Shown here: one piece after another, positions 1 to 12,264 of the stretch
How the letters are laid out: every line of letters starts with the position of its first letter
How positions within the stretch are numbered: position 1 is the stretch's first letter
DNA from: Chiloscyllium plagiosum
Lineage: Eukaryota
Assembly: GCF_004010195.1 (NCBI RefSeq)
Contig: NC_057720.1
Span: 28,104,315 to 28,158,157 of the forward strand
Length of the DNA stretch: 53,843 nucleotides
Direction: 5' to 3'
Program-made: the position numbers and the translations under genes
The notes under the pieces: model-generated
Seen by the model: only the letters and a program-made list of their open reading frames with translations
What the model was told of the DNA's origin: nothing
The model's database searches: none

Positions 1-130
1 CTAGCTTATCTCTCCACCCTTCAGGCTCTCTGCCTTTATTCCTGTTGAAGGGCTTTTGCCCGATATGTCGATTTCGCTGCTCCTTGGATGCTGCCTGAAC
101 TGCTGTGCTCTTCCAGCACCACTAATCCAA
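1..130 (+). mobile_element. Penelope-like (Neptune-type) 3' terminal fragment with decayed hammerhead
   Basis: Near-identical to 35593-35720, the 3' end of the PLE with a recognisable ORF. Ribozyme core is mutated (CTGTTGA...GATATGTC at 42-69). Confidence 0.85.
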
Positions 131-199
131 AGATAATTGTAAACTCACCTACGGGATTATATGAATTGCAGAGATTTTGCATGTTCTGTTTCCCTTTCA

Positions 200-1350
200 G
201 TGAATGGATAGGGAAAGATTAGGTTTAGTGGCGAAGCAAAGGAGACTGTGGTGGGTTCTGAAAACAATGGTTTCAGTTTTGCCAACGTTGAATCAGAGAA
301 ATTTTCTGTTTCACAAGTAAAGGAATCTAGTGAAGTTGGTACAGAACTGGTTGTTGTCAGCTTTCATATGAAAGCTTATTTTTAAAAGTGATATTAATGA
401 CCTGAGGGACACGTGTATCTGGGAAATTGGAGAACACCATCAATAAATCTTCAAGAAACCTTTAAGTATTAATAGTACGTGAGCCAGAGAAGAAGCTATT
501 ACAGAAGTTCTCTGGATATGACTCTCTGCCTAGAATCAAACAATCCGAGAACTGATGTACTCATATGGTGGCAAACACTAAGGACATATTGAGAATAATG
601 AGGAACTCTTAATCAATATATTTGCATTGAAAGTCATTTCTTTCTTTGAAGGCTTAAGGCAGGAAATGTGATTGGAGGGGTTCAGACATTGAGTGGTCGT
701 GGTGGGAAAGATGGATATGGATTTGGAAGATAGATAGTAGATCAGGGAATTTGGGGAGGAAATGGAGCCTGTATCATAGAATTCCTACAATGCAGTTTAT
801 AAGCCATTCAGCCCATTAAGACTGCATCAACCCTCTAAAGAGGATCTCACCCAGACCCACATCCCCAACCTATCCTTGCTAGGAGAATGGATGGTTCTGA
901 GCAAGAACACAGGGATAAAGGGTTTTTTTGGAGAAAGGCATGAATTTGAGGGTCTGGGAGGGAAATTAATTGAAAATAGTGTTTAGAGAGTAGAAGATCG
1001 ATTTCTTGGTTAAGGTATGCACAGAGGGCATGAGAAAGGAGAACAAATACAGCAGGATACTGGTTCAAGCCTAAGTTCAGATGAACCTTGTGGGAATGCC
1101 CTTAGTGGTCTAAGAGAAAAGAAAAAAACAATTGACTGAATGATCACAATCTTCATGGCAAAGGCATCTATGAGATTCTTGCTTTAGTTGAAAGTGCATG
1201 TGAAGGTAGCAGAAGGGAAGAATGGGAGGAATATGGCAATGTTGATATGGTATTATACAAGCAGTAGAACATACTCATATTGAGCAGTAGGCGAGAAAAT
1301 GGTACAATGCTTAGTGCGTTAATAAACTTCCATGCAGTAAGTTGCAAGAA
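200..1350 (-). mobile_element. Old, heavily decayed L2-like LINE fragment
   Basis: Minus strand at ~343-370 reads CATATGAAAGCTGACAACAACCAGTTC, resembling the L2 RT motif HMYADDTQL. Extent uncertain; an old SINE/LINE tail is inserted near 770-880. Confidence 0.45.
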
Positions 1351-1389
1351 GATAGAAGTGGAAGAAGTGATTCGTAAGATGCAATTGCT

Positions 1390-2510
1390 TCAGCCTTATT
1401 TTCCTGCACTAATGTACTGGGCTCCCTCATTAATAAGATGGGGATGTTGATTGAGTCTCCTTCAAGGAGTTGTTTCATTGTCCACCACCACTCATGATTG
1501 GATGTGGCAGGACTGCAGAGCTGAGATCAAATCCATTCATTGTGGAATCTCCTGCTTCTGCCTATCATTTGCTACTTAGGCTGTTTGTAATGCAAGCTGT
1601 CATGTATTCTAGCTTCTCCAGATAAGGTGTGACTGGAGCTGATATTGGCTTGAGTGTAATAGTTGAGTGAGAGATACTACATGCCGCAAGATTGTTGCAA
1701 TGTAAGTCATTTGTCGCTGAGGGCCCTCATGGATGCCCAGTCTTGAGTTGCTAGATCTATTTAAGTCTGCCCATTTAGCATGGTGAAAGTGCCACACAGT
1801 ATAATGTAAGGTATTATCAGTGAAGAAAGGACTTCATCTCCATGAGGACTATGTTGTTGTCACTCTTATCAATACTGTTATAAATAGATGCAGGATGCAG
1901 ATTGTTGAGAATGTGGTCAAATTTTTTTTTCCCTCTTGTTGGTTCTCTTACCACCTGCTGCAGACCAAGTTTAGCAGCAACATTCGTTTAGGAATACTCA
2001 TCCAGCTCTATCAGTTTTGCTGCTTTTGAGTACTCCTGGTGAAAGACTTGGAAATCCCCCATCCAGAGTACATTCTCCATTCTTCAGTCCTTCAGTGCTT
2101 CCTCTAATTGTTTTCAAAATGGAGGAGTACTAATTCATCATCTGGGGGAGTTGGTACATGGTAATCAGAAGGATGTTTCCATGCCCATGCTTGACCTATA
2201 CTTTGACACCATGGGATTCAGAGTCAATGTTGAGGACCTTTAGGGCAGCTCCCTCGCAACTGCATACTATTGTGCTGCCATCTCTGTTGGTCTGCCTTGT
2301 TGGTGGGACAGAACATAGCCAGGGATGGTTGTGTGTCGGGTGTGATTCCATGAATATGATTATGTCAGGTTGTTGCTTGACTAGTCTGTGAGACTGCTGT
2401 CCCAATTTTGGCATTAACTTCCAGAATAGTAAGGAAGTCTTAACAGGGTCAACAGGGCTGTGTTTGCCAATGTCGTTTTCGGTGCCATGGTCATGCCAGG
2501 TAGAATGTCA
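1390..2510 (-). mobile_element. CR1-group LINE fragment (endonuclease region), same family as 51195-53562
   Basis: 1432-1530 aligns by eye with 52880-52980. Minus ORF 2196-2414 has the APE-like start KQQPDIIIFMESH. Confidence 0.8.
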
Positions 2511-2519
2511 ATTTCATTT

Positions 2520-3700
2520 TTTTTATTTTGATTTGATTTATTGTAGTTACGCGAGTGAAAAGCTTTGTTTTGTGAGCAATACGGGCAGGTTATAGCAAAC
2601 AAGGACATACAGATCATAGGGTACTTAGAACAAGGAATACAAAGTTACAGCTTCACAGGAGGTGCACAAAGCAAGATCACCATCAGTAAGATGAACATTA
2701 TTTGAAGTTAGAGAGTCCATTCAGCAGAATAATAATGGCAGGGAAAAGCTATTCTTGAATCTGTTCATGCATGTTCAAGCTTCTGTATCTTCTGCCTGAC
2801 GGAAAAGGTTGTGAGAGAACATTACTGAGGTTTGAGGGGTTTTTGATCATGTTTGCAGCCTTTTTGCAGCAATGGGAAGTGTAGATGGATTCCATGGATG
2901 GGTAATTGGCTTCTATGATGGTCTGGGCTGCACACACAACTTTCTGTAGTTTCTTACAATCCTGGGCAAAGCAGTTGTCGTATCAGGCTATTATGCACCC
3001 AGATAAAAAGCTTTCTGTGGTGCATTTGTAAACATTGGTGAGGGTCTTTATGGACATGCCAAATTTCATAAGCCACCTGAGGAAGAAGAGGTGTTATGTG
3101 CCTTCTTGATTGTCCATGACAGATTGTCGGTTACTGTCATCCCTAGGAACTTGACAGTCCGATCCTCTCGACTGCAGATCTGTTGATCTAGATAGGGGCG
3201 TGTTCTCCTCCTTTCTTCTTGAAGCCAGTGTTCAGTTCTTTTGTTTTGCCAGCATTGAGAGAGAGCGGAGCAATCTGTCTTCTTCCTGTACTCTGTCTCA
3301 TCATTGTTTGATATCCATCCTACCACAGTGTAGATGGCATTCAGTCAGAATTTGGCAACACAGTCGTGGGTGTACATTAAGTGCATTAGGGGGCTGAGAA
3401 AGCATCCTTGAGTAGTGCCAATGTTAAAAGCATTGGATTATCGTGGAGGAGGTGCTTTTGTCTAACTTCACTGAATGTGGTCGGTGGGTCAGGAAGCTGA
3501 GGATCCAGTTGCAGAAGACAGAGTTGAGACTCAGAGTTTTGAGATTAGTCTGGAAGGGATTATGGTATTGAAGGCGGAGCTGTAGGAGCCTGATGTAGGC
3601 GTCTTTGTTATCCAGGTGTTCCAGGGATTAATGTAGGGCTAGGGAAATGATGTCTGCTGTGAACCTGTTTTGCTAGTATGCAAATTGCAGTGGATGGGGT
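2520..3700 (-). mobile_element. Rex1/Babar-clade LINE, RT and 3' region, decayed
   Basis: Minus ORF 3066-3326 VGWISNNDETEYRK...VKFLGMTVTDNLSW is typical of the region after the catalytic motif in Rex1/Babar RT. Confidence 0.75.
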
Positions 3701-5135
3701 CTTCCTTTCTAACGATGACATAGCTGAATGCCTTCTTAGCCATGTTGGAAGTCAGTTAAGAGTTAATCTCATTTATATAGGTCTGGAGTTTATTTTGTTC
3801 GTGTACCCACATCGTTGCTGATGTTGTGCATTTCTCTTAAATGTTTCTTCTTCACATGCAGTAAGAAGGCATTGTAAATCAAGTTGCATTTTTTTTTCAA
3901 AATATCCTGTTACGTTTGAATAATTAGAAGTAATCTATCAGAGTTTCATTTTCAGTCAACTTGTTTCTACTTGCTTTCTTGCTCAAATTAAAAGTTGTCT
4001 GAAGTAAGCAATGTAATGGCAAGATAGTAAAATTTTTTGTAGTTTGTTACATAGTCTGAGGGATCGATTAGGGACACAACTGAGACTTTAGGGCTTCACT
4101 CAAAGGACCCGCTGCAGTTTAAAATGTTATTAGAATCTGAAAATGGCCTCTTGCTTTATTCATTATGTTGAACAGATGGTGCTATCGAGTAGACTTTGGT
4201 GATTAGATCAGCACTTTATGGAAACAAGGTTCTTGTCAGAACCCAGCATTGACCTGAGAGAGACAGCCTTCCTTTTGTTGGCTCACATCAGCTCTACTAA
4301 AGCCATGCAGTGTGTTTCCTTTTACATCTCACAGCTGCTGTATAAAATCCAATGTACAGTTTTAAAAAAAATTGGCTAACATGGTATTTGTCTGGCTAAC
4401 CTCTATAACACTGATGAAGAACAAGGTAATGGGAGAGGTGTTTTAATGAACATAGTGAGGCAGATGTCTGTTATATATTTAAAAGGTTGAGCCATATGGT
4501 AGATGATGCAGTCTATTCAGTTTTGTGAGGATCTGTGTGTAGAGAAAAACATGCGTTCTTTCTCTGTCACAGAGTAACTTGTCTATCTCAGCTTAAAAAC
4601 AGCAAATTGTTACCTGTTTCTTTGCAGCTGAAAGATCTGATTCCTTCAAATCGACATTCTCAATCAAGCTTTTGGTCAACTCTCTTATGATCTGCTCCTT
4701 TCCTTTGGCTTGGAGTCGCTGTCTACTTTTGCTCTTCGTAAAGTCTTCTACTGTACTAAATGTTCTATACACGTATATGTTCGAGATTGCCTCCTGCAAT
4801 TAACCTTGCTGCTGAAGGATCCTTACGCTATTGCCTATTCCTGACTGCAAGTGCGCATCTGTGTGCAATGTCCACTCCATGCTGTTGTCCTTTCACTTTT
4901 CTAATGCTATTTGCCACATTTGGACATAAAGCATTTTTTGCAGACTAACTATTTGTCACCCAGTAATCAATAGACAATCTAGTGACGACAACATATAATT
5001 TTGAGTTATAGCTAATAGAGGGATATCTCAATAGAATTAACTACTGCCTCGCCAATTTTAACTCATGCTTCATGCCTTTTTTTAGGGAATAGAAAAAGGA
5101 ATTGCTTTCATCTGAATAAATAGTGGTTAAGGTCA

Positions 5136-5260
5136 AAAATAAAGAACTGCGGATGCTGGAAATCTGAAACAAAAACAGAAATTGCTGGTGAATTTCAGCA
5201 GGTTGGGCAGCATATGTGGAGTAAATGCAGAGTCAATATTTTGGGTCCAGCGACCCTTCA
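5136..5260 (-). mobile_element. Old PLE-derived 3' tail
   Basis: GCGGATGCTGGAAATCTGAAACAAAAACAGAAATTGCTGG...GGCAGCAT, homologous to tails at 21646-21765 and 42445-42626. Confidence 0.65.
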
Positions 5261-5579
5261 AAACCGATTGAATTGAATAATTGCATTCGTCTTTATTGCC
5301 ACATGCACTTGAATGATTGCAGTAAAAAGTTTGTAATGTTGCTGCTTTGATGCCCTCTTTTGTACAGAGTGCCTAGGTTCAGAATATTTTTGTGTTGTAG
5401 ACTTGAAAGAATCATAAATAAATGTTCAGCTTAAGAATAAATGAAGTTATTTTTTGAAAAGTATGCAAATTTTATTCTTTCCACTAAGTCCGTGCCAGCA
5501 TTGAGCCTGCAGACTACCTGAGCGAGACCACAGTGGCTTCAAACCTTGAAGCTTTGCTTCCAGTTCCCAAGGACCACAC

Positions 5580-6700
5580 GTCCACTCCAGGACTTGCCAT
5601 CCTTATGCTGGCCTCTGCTCCGGGACTTGCCGACCCCATGTAGCCTCTGCTCAGGGATTTGCCATTGTTACGACATGGTGTAAACCCCTCTGCTCATTTA
5701 AACCTGACACGCAGACAAGCTCACCTTGTGGTGTAATCTGTTAAATTTCGAGAGGCAAAGAACTATCCCAGTGGTCACTATTTAAAGTAAAACTTAAAAA
5801 TTTTATTCTCTAAGTTCAACAGAGAATACTAAAACCAAAACAACTATTTACAATTCCTTTCTCTTAAATCTATCTTTTCCCTCCCACTCTACAATACTGG
5901 CTCGATAAATTCTCTCTCAAATTTACAGCAAAATCAATTTCAAACCCAGGTATAGTTTTCAGCAAGGACTGACTGAAAGCACAGTGTGCTGAACAACTTA
6001 AAAATGTAACATTTGGTTGAAACAAATAGCTGGAGTTGCATTGCCATGGAACAAAAACAAATTCAAATTCGGCCAATCAGTTTGAATTATGCCCTAGATA
6101 TCAAAATCCTTTTGAATTTTAATTTTACTGTTTGGGATGACATTCTCTGTAGATTCCTCTGGGTTGACTTTGGTGTTCTGCTGTACAAATTTCTTATAGA
6201 TGGGTACCTTTCAGAGAGCTATTTGGCTAGCAGCCTGTTTGTTGGCGATCGTTGCTATTCTCATGCAACTGTTCAAAATGACCAGTTTTATACCCCAAAA
6301 CATCAGATCATTTCATTGGTTTGATGTCATCCCAAGCAATAAAATTCAAATTTGATTGAATTTTGGATTCTGGGACATAACTTAAGCTGGACGAATTTGA
6401 ATTTGTTTTTTATTCTATGGCAATGCAACTCCAGCTATTTGTTTCAACCAAGTGTTACATTTTCACCTTGTTCATCACTCTGTGCTTTCGGTCAGTTCTT
6501 GCTAGTTTTCTCTCTCTGTTAAAAATACAGTACACACCTATCCCTTCATAACACCATTCCCACACTGGCCACTGCTCTGGGAGTCGCTGCTTTGATACAC
6601 GCCGCTTTGACACTTGCTGCCTCCACTTGCTTCAACTCCGGACTTGCCACTGTCACGTTGGCCTCTGCTCCAGGACTCGTTGCCAAGCCTCCTGCTCTAC
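5580..6700. repeat. Degenerate ~33-bp GC-rich minisatellite, split by a solo LTR
   Basis: Recurrent GCCTCTGCTCC(A/G)GGACTTGCC units at 5585-5665 and 6555-6680 on either side of the LTR. Confidence 0.6.
5666..6553 (-). mobile_element. Solo LTR, family A copy 1, with internal inverted insert
   Basis: Termini TGTTACGA...TCATAACA; TSD CCAT (5662-5665, 6554-6557). On the minus strand: CCAAT ~6316-6320, TATAAAA 6286-6292, AATAAA 5802-5807. Confidence 0.85.
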
Positions 6701-6879
6701 AGGATCCACTCCGGGGCTCACCTCCAGGACCTGAACCCTCCACGCTGGCCTGGCCTAGGGCTCTCCTGGAATTGCCAGTCCCTTGCCAGCCTAGCCTAGG
6801 ACTTGCCTCCAGGCCCAAATCAACATTTGGGATTTGGATTGTAGCTAAGAAAAGGTGGTATATCTGCTGATGATTGGTT

Positions 6880-7630
6880 ATGGGGTGGAGAAGTGGAGAA
6901 GAAAAGGAAGAGGAGACAATAGTTAGAGATGGAGCCTAGAGTGTGAGGTAACAACAATTGAACAGACAAAAACATGGATATTGGTGAACTGGGAAGAAAG
7001 AAAAGTGGGCGGCACGGTGGCACAGTGGTTAGCACTGCTGCCTCACAGCGTCAGAGACCCGGGTTCAATTCCCGCCTCAGGCGACTAACTATGTGGAGTT
7101 TGCACGTTCTCCCCGTGTCTGCGTGGGTTTCCTCCGGGTGCTCCGGTTTCCTCCCACAGTCACAAAGATGTGCAGGGTCAGGTGAATTGGCCATGCTAAA
7201 TTGCCCGTAGTGTTAGGTAAGGGGTAAATGTAGGGATATGGGTGGGTTTCGCTTCGGCGGGTCGGTGTGGACTTGTTGGGCTGAAGGGCCTGTTTCCACA
7301 CTGTAATCTAATCTAATCTAAAAAAAAATTACTGATGGGGAGAATTAATGAGTAAAAATGTATTGGCTGTAATGAAAGCAGCCCCGTATTTTGGGGTGGG
7401 GGGTAGCTAAAGGACACGAAAGATGGTGCAGAGGCCCTAAAATGTTTCAACTTGATATTGAATCCTGAAGGTTGAAATATCCCTCGCAGAAAATGAAATA
7501 CTTTTCATCCAGCCTATGTTGAGCCTGGCCTGAGTACTGCAGCTAGCCTGTGACAGAAATGTTGGTCAGGGAACATGATGTAATGTTGTAATGGGAAGCA
7601 AGTGGAAGCTCGGGGTCATTTTTGTTGATA
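6880..7630 (-). mobile_element. Old Neptune-type PLE fragment (GIY-YIG C-terminus and 3' region), interrupted by an HE1 SINE
   Basis: Minus 7420-7612 translates roughly ELPLASHYN..CSLTNISVTG*LQYSGQAQHRLDEKYFIF, resembling the PVA.HFN...RKLEEQHLIF PLE endonuclease tail. Confidence 0.55.
7007..7320 (+). mobile_element. HE1 SINE (tRNA-derived V-SINE), full length, young
   Basis: A box TGGCACAGTGG, B box GGTTCAATTCC, V-domain TGTGGAGTTTGCACGTTCTCCCCGTGTCTGCGTGGGTTTCC, LINE-type tail ending (TCTAA)n. Confidence 0.92.
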
Positions 7631-7834
7631 AAATGCAAGGTCTTTATGATGCAAGGACAAGGTCTGTATGATATCACTTTCCTAGGACATTGACCACAGG
7701 TGGTTTATGGTCACTTTGTAACTCTCTATTTTAAAATTCTAAGATGTGTCCTGTTGACAAAAATGATAGTCTGGGCTATATTGGCTCACAATGTACTCTG
7801 AGATATTGACATGACCACATGAAGTACAGATTAT

Positions 7835-8161
7835 AGATTAGATTAGATTACATTACATTACAGTGTGGAAACAGGCCCTTCGGCCCAACAAGTCCACACC
7901 GACCCGCCGAAGCGCAACCCACCCATACCCCTACCCCTACATTTACCCCTTACCTAACACTACAGGCAATTTAGTATGGCCAATTCACCTGACCTGCACA
8001 CCTTTGGACTGTGGGAGGAAACCAGAGCACCCGGAGGAAACCCACACAGACATGGGGAGAACGTGCAAACTCCACACAGTCAGTCGCCTGAGGCGGGAAT
8101 TGAACCCGGGTCTCTGGCGCTGTGAGGCAGCAGTGTTAACCATTGTGCCACCGTGCCGCCC
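7835..8161 (-). mobile_element. HE1 SINE, full length
   Basis: Reverse complement of 7007-7320 with few differences; (TTAGA)n tail. Confidence 0.92.
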
Positions 8162-8454
8162 ACGATCTGTGATCTGTGGTCTATTATAATAATAGATCTG
8201 TGATCTATAATAATAAAATATGGATAGAATGACAAGCATGTTCTGATGTATAGTGGATGGGGAAGATGTGTTGATAGACATTCTCAGTACAATGCCATTT
8301 TGACCACTGAGTTACAAACAAGAAGTGGCACCTGCTGTAGTTCCACAGCAATGGGTATTATCTGAGGTTGTGGATTTACAGTTAGAAAGCTAACTTTTGA
8401 AAACATGTGAGCAGTCTGACAGATGCAAGCTCTACTGGTGAAAAAAGATAGATC

Positions 8455-8578
8455 CTGTCAAAGGTTTTTGTTTTGTCCTGCTCTCATTAGTATTCTTGTC
8501 AATTGCTCCAATGTAAAGAGAAACCAACATTTAAACTGTATGAAAGGGAAATGCTGACTTGGTTGACAAATGAACACT
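8455..8578 (-). mobile_element. Decayed copy of the old HHR-bearing element at 13494-13645
   Basis: Reverse complement ...CATACAGTTTAAATGTTGGTTTCTCTTTACATTGG...CTAATGAGAGCAGGACAAAA...CTTTGACAGG parallels 13540-13626 and 15985-16072. Confidence 0.5.
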
Positions 8579-8619
8579 GTTTCAAGTTTACAAAAAAAAC
8601 ATAATCCTCAGTTTTATTT

Positions 8620-9364
8620 TGTTATGACCCTGGGTAAACCCCTCTGCTAATTTTGGGGTGTGGGGTAGCTAATTTTAAACCTGACACACAGAGAAGCTGT
8701 AATTTGTTAAAGTTTGAGAGGCAAAGTACTATCCCAGAGGTCACTTTTAAAGTAAGATTTAACTATTTTATTCTTTAAGTTCAACAGAGAACATTAAATA
8801 AAATCTATTTACAACTCCTTTCTCTTAAACCTATCTTTTGCCTCCCACTCTACAATGCTGGTCCAATAAATTCCCTCTTAAATCTATGGCAAAATCAATT
8901 TTAAATCCATTTATTGGCTTCAGCTGTCAAACTTTCTCTGTAGATTTCTGAAGGTTAACTTTGGTGTTCTGCTGCACAAATGTCCTATGGACAGGCACCT
9001 TTCAGAGAGCTATTTGGCTAAATGTTTGTGTGTTGGTGCTTGTTGCTGTTCTCCTCCTAACTGTTCAAAATGTCCAGTGTTATACCCCAAAACATCAGAT
9101 CATTTCATTGGTTTGATATCATCCCAAACAGTAAAATTAAAATTCAATTGCATTTTGATATCTGGGGCATAATTTAAACTGGCCGAATTTGAATTTGTTT
9201 TTGTTCAATGGCAACACAACTCCAGCTATTCATTTCAACCAAATGTTACATTTTTAAATTGTTCAGCACACTCTGTGCTTTCAGTCAGTTCTTGCTAGCT
9301 TCCTCTCTCTCTCTCTCTCTCTCTTTCTCTTAAAGGTACAGTACACACCTACACCTTCATAACT
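8620..9364 (-). mobile_element. Solo LTR, family A copy 2
   Basis: Termini TGTTATGA...TCATAACT (last base mutated); TSD ATTT (8616-8619, 9365-9368); colinear with 5666-6553; (CT)n tract at 9303-9330. Confidence 0.85.
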
Positions 9365-9522
9365 ATTTCTCAGGATAATGTTTTGACCAGCAGAGGATTG
9401 GCTGGCTGGCAGAAGGCAAATAATGGGGTTAAAGAGATCTTTTTTGGATGGCAGATGGTGACTAGTGGTATTTTGCAGGGTTCAGTGTTGGGACTACAAC
9501 AATTCATGTCAGACATCTGTGC

Positions 9523-11646
9523 TAACCTTCTTGAACAGCATGTTATTGAACCTACCAGGGAGCGTGCAATCTTAGATCTGGTACTGTGTTGTGGAATAGG
9601 TAAAATTAATGATCTCGAAATTAAGGATCCTCATGGAAAGAGCGATCACTGTGTGTTCGAATTTCAGATACAAATGGAAGGTGAAATAGTATAATCTAAA
9701 TCTGGGTGTTATGCTTAAACAAGGGAGATTATAGTGGGATGAGAAAAGAGTTGGCTAACTTAGACTGGGAACACAAGTTGTGTGGTGGAACAGTTGAAGA
9801 ACAGTGAAGGACTTAGAAAGAGATTTATCACATTGCTGAAGAAAAGTATATTCTGGTCAAAAACAAGGATAGCAAGGGTAGGAAGAGCCAGCCTTGGATA
9901 ACTAAGGAAATAAAGGAAGGCATCCAGTTAAAAGCTCAGGCTTACAAAGTAGTAAAGAGGAGTGGGAAACAGGAAGATTGGGAACCCTTTAAAAAGCAAC
10001 AAAGAACCACAAAGCACGCAATAAAGAAAGGAAAGATAGATTATCAATGCAAACTCGTACAGAATATAAAAACAGATAGGAAAAGGTTTTCTAAATATAT
10101 AAAACGGAAGACAGTGGCTAACATGGACATCGGTCCCTTCACAATGAAAAAGGGGAATTAATTTTGGGTAATGCTGAAATGGCCAAGGCCTTGACCGACT
10201 ATTTTGTATCAACCTTCACAGTGGAAGATGTGTCAAACATGCCAAAGAATGATGTTACGGAGGTAAGGACCTTAATTCAATTGTTGTCACTAAAGGTGTA
10301 GTGTTGAGCAAACTTGAGAGTGTAAAAGTAGATAAGTCCCCTGGTCCTGATGGAATGCATCCCAGGGTACTGAAAGAAATGACAGAAGTTATAGTAGCTG
10401 TATTAGTGGTAACTTACCAAAATTCACTGGACTCTGGGCAGGTCCCAGTGGACTGGAAGAAAGCGAATGTCACACTGCTGTTTAAAGAAGGATGGAGGCA
10501 AAAGGCAGGTAACTATAGGCCAGTTAGCTTAACATCTGTAGTCAGTAAAATGCTGGAGGCTATCATTAAAGAAGAAATAATGAGACATCTGTATGGAAAG
10601 GGTACCATCAGGCAGACACAGCATGGATTCAGGAAGGGAAGGTCATATTTGACAAATTTACTGGAGTTCTTTGAAGATGTAGCAAGTGTGGTGGATGGAG
10701 GTTGTATGCTTGGATTTCCAGAAGGTGTTCGATAAAGTGCCGCATAAAAAGCTCATCCATAAGATAAGAATACATGGGGTTGCGGGGAATGTATTAGCGT
10801 GGATAGAGGACTGGTTAACCAATAGAAAGCAGTGAGTTGAGACAAATGGATGTTTCTGTGGTCAGAGATCAGTGGTGAACAGAATGCCACAGGGGTCGGT
10901 ATGGGGCCTGCAACCGTTCATGATATATAGAAATGATTTGGAAGAGGAGACCGAGTGTAACGTATCCAGATTTGCTAATGACACTAAATTGGGTGGAAAG
11001 GTGAACTGCAGAAGACGTGGAGGGACGGCAGAGAGATTTAGCGAGGTTAAGTGAGTAGGCAAGGGTCTGGCAGATGGAGTACAATATTGCAGGTGCAACA
11101 GGTAATCAGGAAGGCAAATGGAATATTGGCTTTCATTGCGAGAGGGATTGAATTTAAGAGTAGGGACTTTCTGCTGCAATTGTACAAGGTGTTGGTGAGG
11201 CCACTCCTAGAGTACTTTGCGTAGTTCTGGTCTCCTTACTTGCGGAAGAATATACTGGCTTTGGGGGCAGTGCAGAGGTGGTTCACCAGGTTCTTTCTGG
11301 AAATGAGGGGGTTGTCCTTTGAGGAGAGGTTGAGCCACCTGGGACTGTACTCGCTCGAATTTAGAAGAATGAGAGGGGATCTTTAAGAAATATGTAAAAT
11401 TATGAAAGGGATAGATAAGATAGAGGCAGACAAATTGTTCTGCTGGTGGATGAGACTACAATTTGGGGACATGGCCTCGATTAGGGGGAGTAGATTTTAG
11501 GACAGAGATGAGGATGGAATTCTTTGCCCAAGGAAGCAGCAGAGGCAGCTTCATTAAATATATTCAAGACACAGTTGGATGGGTTTTTGCATGGTAGGAA
11601 AATTAAGGGTTATGGGATAATGTAGGTAGAAGGAGCTGAACCGATG
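9523..11646 (+). mobile_element. CR1 (HER1-type) LINE ORF2 remnant nested in the outer CR1
   Basis: EPTRERAILDLVL, GKSDH, KSPGPDGMHPRVLKE, GNYRPVSLTS, PQGSV, FANDTK; frameshifts, stops and an internal deletion near 11090. Confidence 0.9.
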
Positions 11647-11955
11647 GATTAGATTAGATTCCCTGCAGTGTGGAAACAGGCCCTTCGGCCCAACCAGTCC
11701 ACACTGATCCTCCAAAGTGTAACCCACCCATTTTCCTCTGACTAATACACCTAACACTATGGGTAGTTTAGCATGGCCAGTTCACCTGACCTTCACATCT
11801 TTGGACTGTGGGAGGAAACTGGAACACCCGGAGGAAACCCACGCAGACACAGGGAGAATGTGCAAACTTCACACAGACAGTCACCTTAGGCTGGAATTGA
11901 ACCTGGGACCGTGGTGCTGTGAGACAGCAGTGCTAACCACTGAGCCACTGTGCCT
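11647..11955 (-). mobile_element. HE1 SINE (older subfamily)
   Basis: Same head, V-domain and tail as 7835-8161. Confidence 0.9.
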
Positions 11956-12264
11956 GCTATTCATTAAGATTATTATTAAGAAACTAAAACATTAATGATC
12001 TGGATGAAGGAACTGAGGGCATTGTTGCTACAATTGCAGATGACACAAAGATAGTTGGTGGGTTAGGTAGTGTTGAGAAAGCGCGGAGGCTGCAGAAGGA
12101 TGTGGACAAGAAGGTGACAGATCAAATACAGTGTGGGAAAATGAAGTTATGCACTTTGGTAGGATAAATAGAAGTATTGGAAATCTGAAACACAAAGTGA
12201 CTTGGGAGCCAAATTTCCAGATTCTCCTAAGGTTAACATGTAGGTTCAATTGGCAGTTGAGAAA

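Noticed and set aside
5580..6815. CRISPR-like repeat array or Ala/Pro-rich gene (ORFs 6546-6870)
   Set aside because: Degenerate eukaryotic minisatellite without unique spacers or cas genes; the ORFs reflect GC-rich repeats.
7007..7075. tRNA gene
   Set aside because: It is the tRNA-derived head of an HE1 SINE, continuing into the V-domain and LINE tail.
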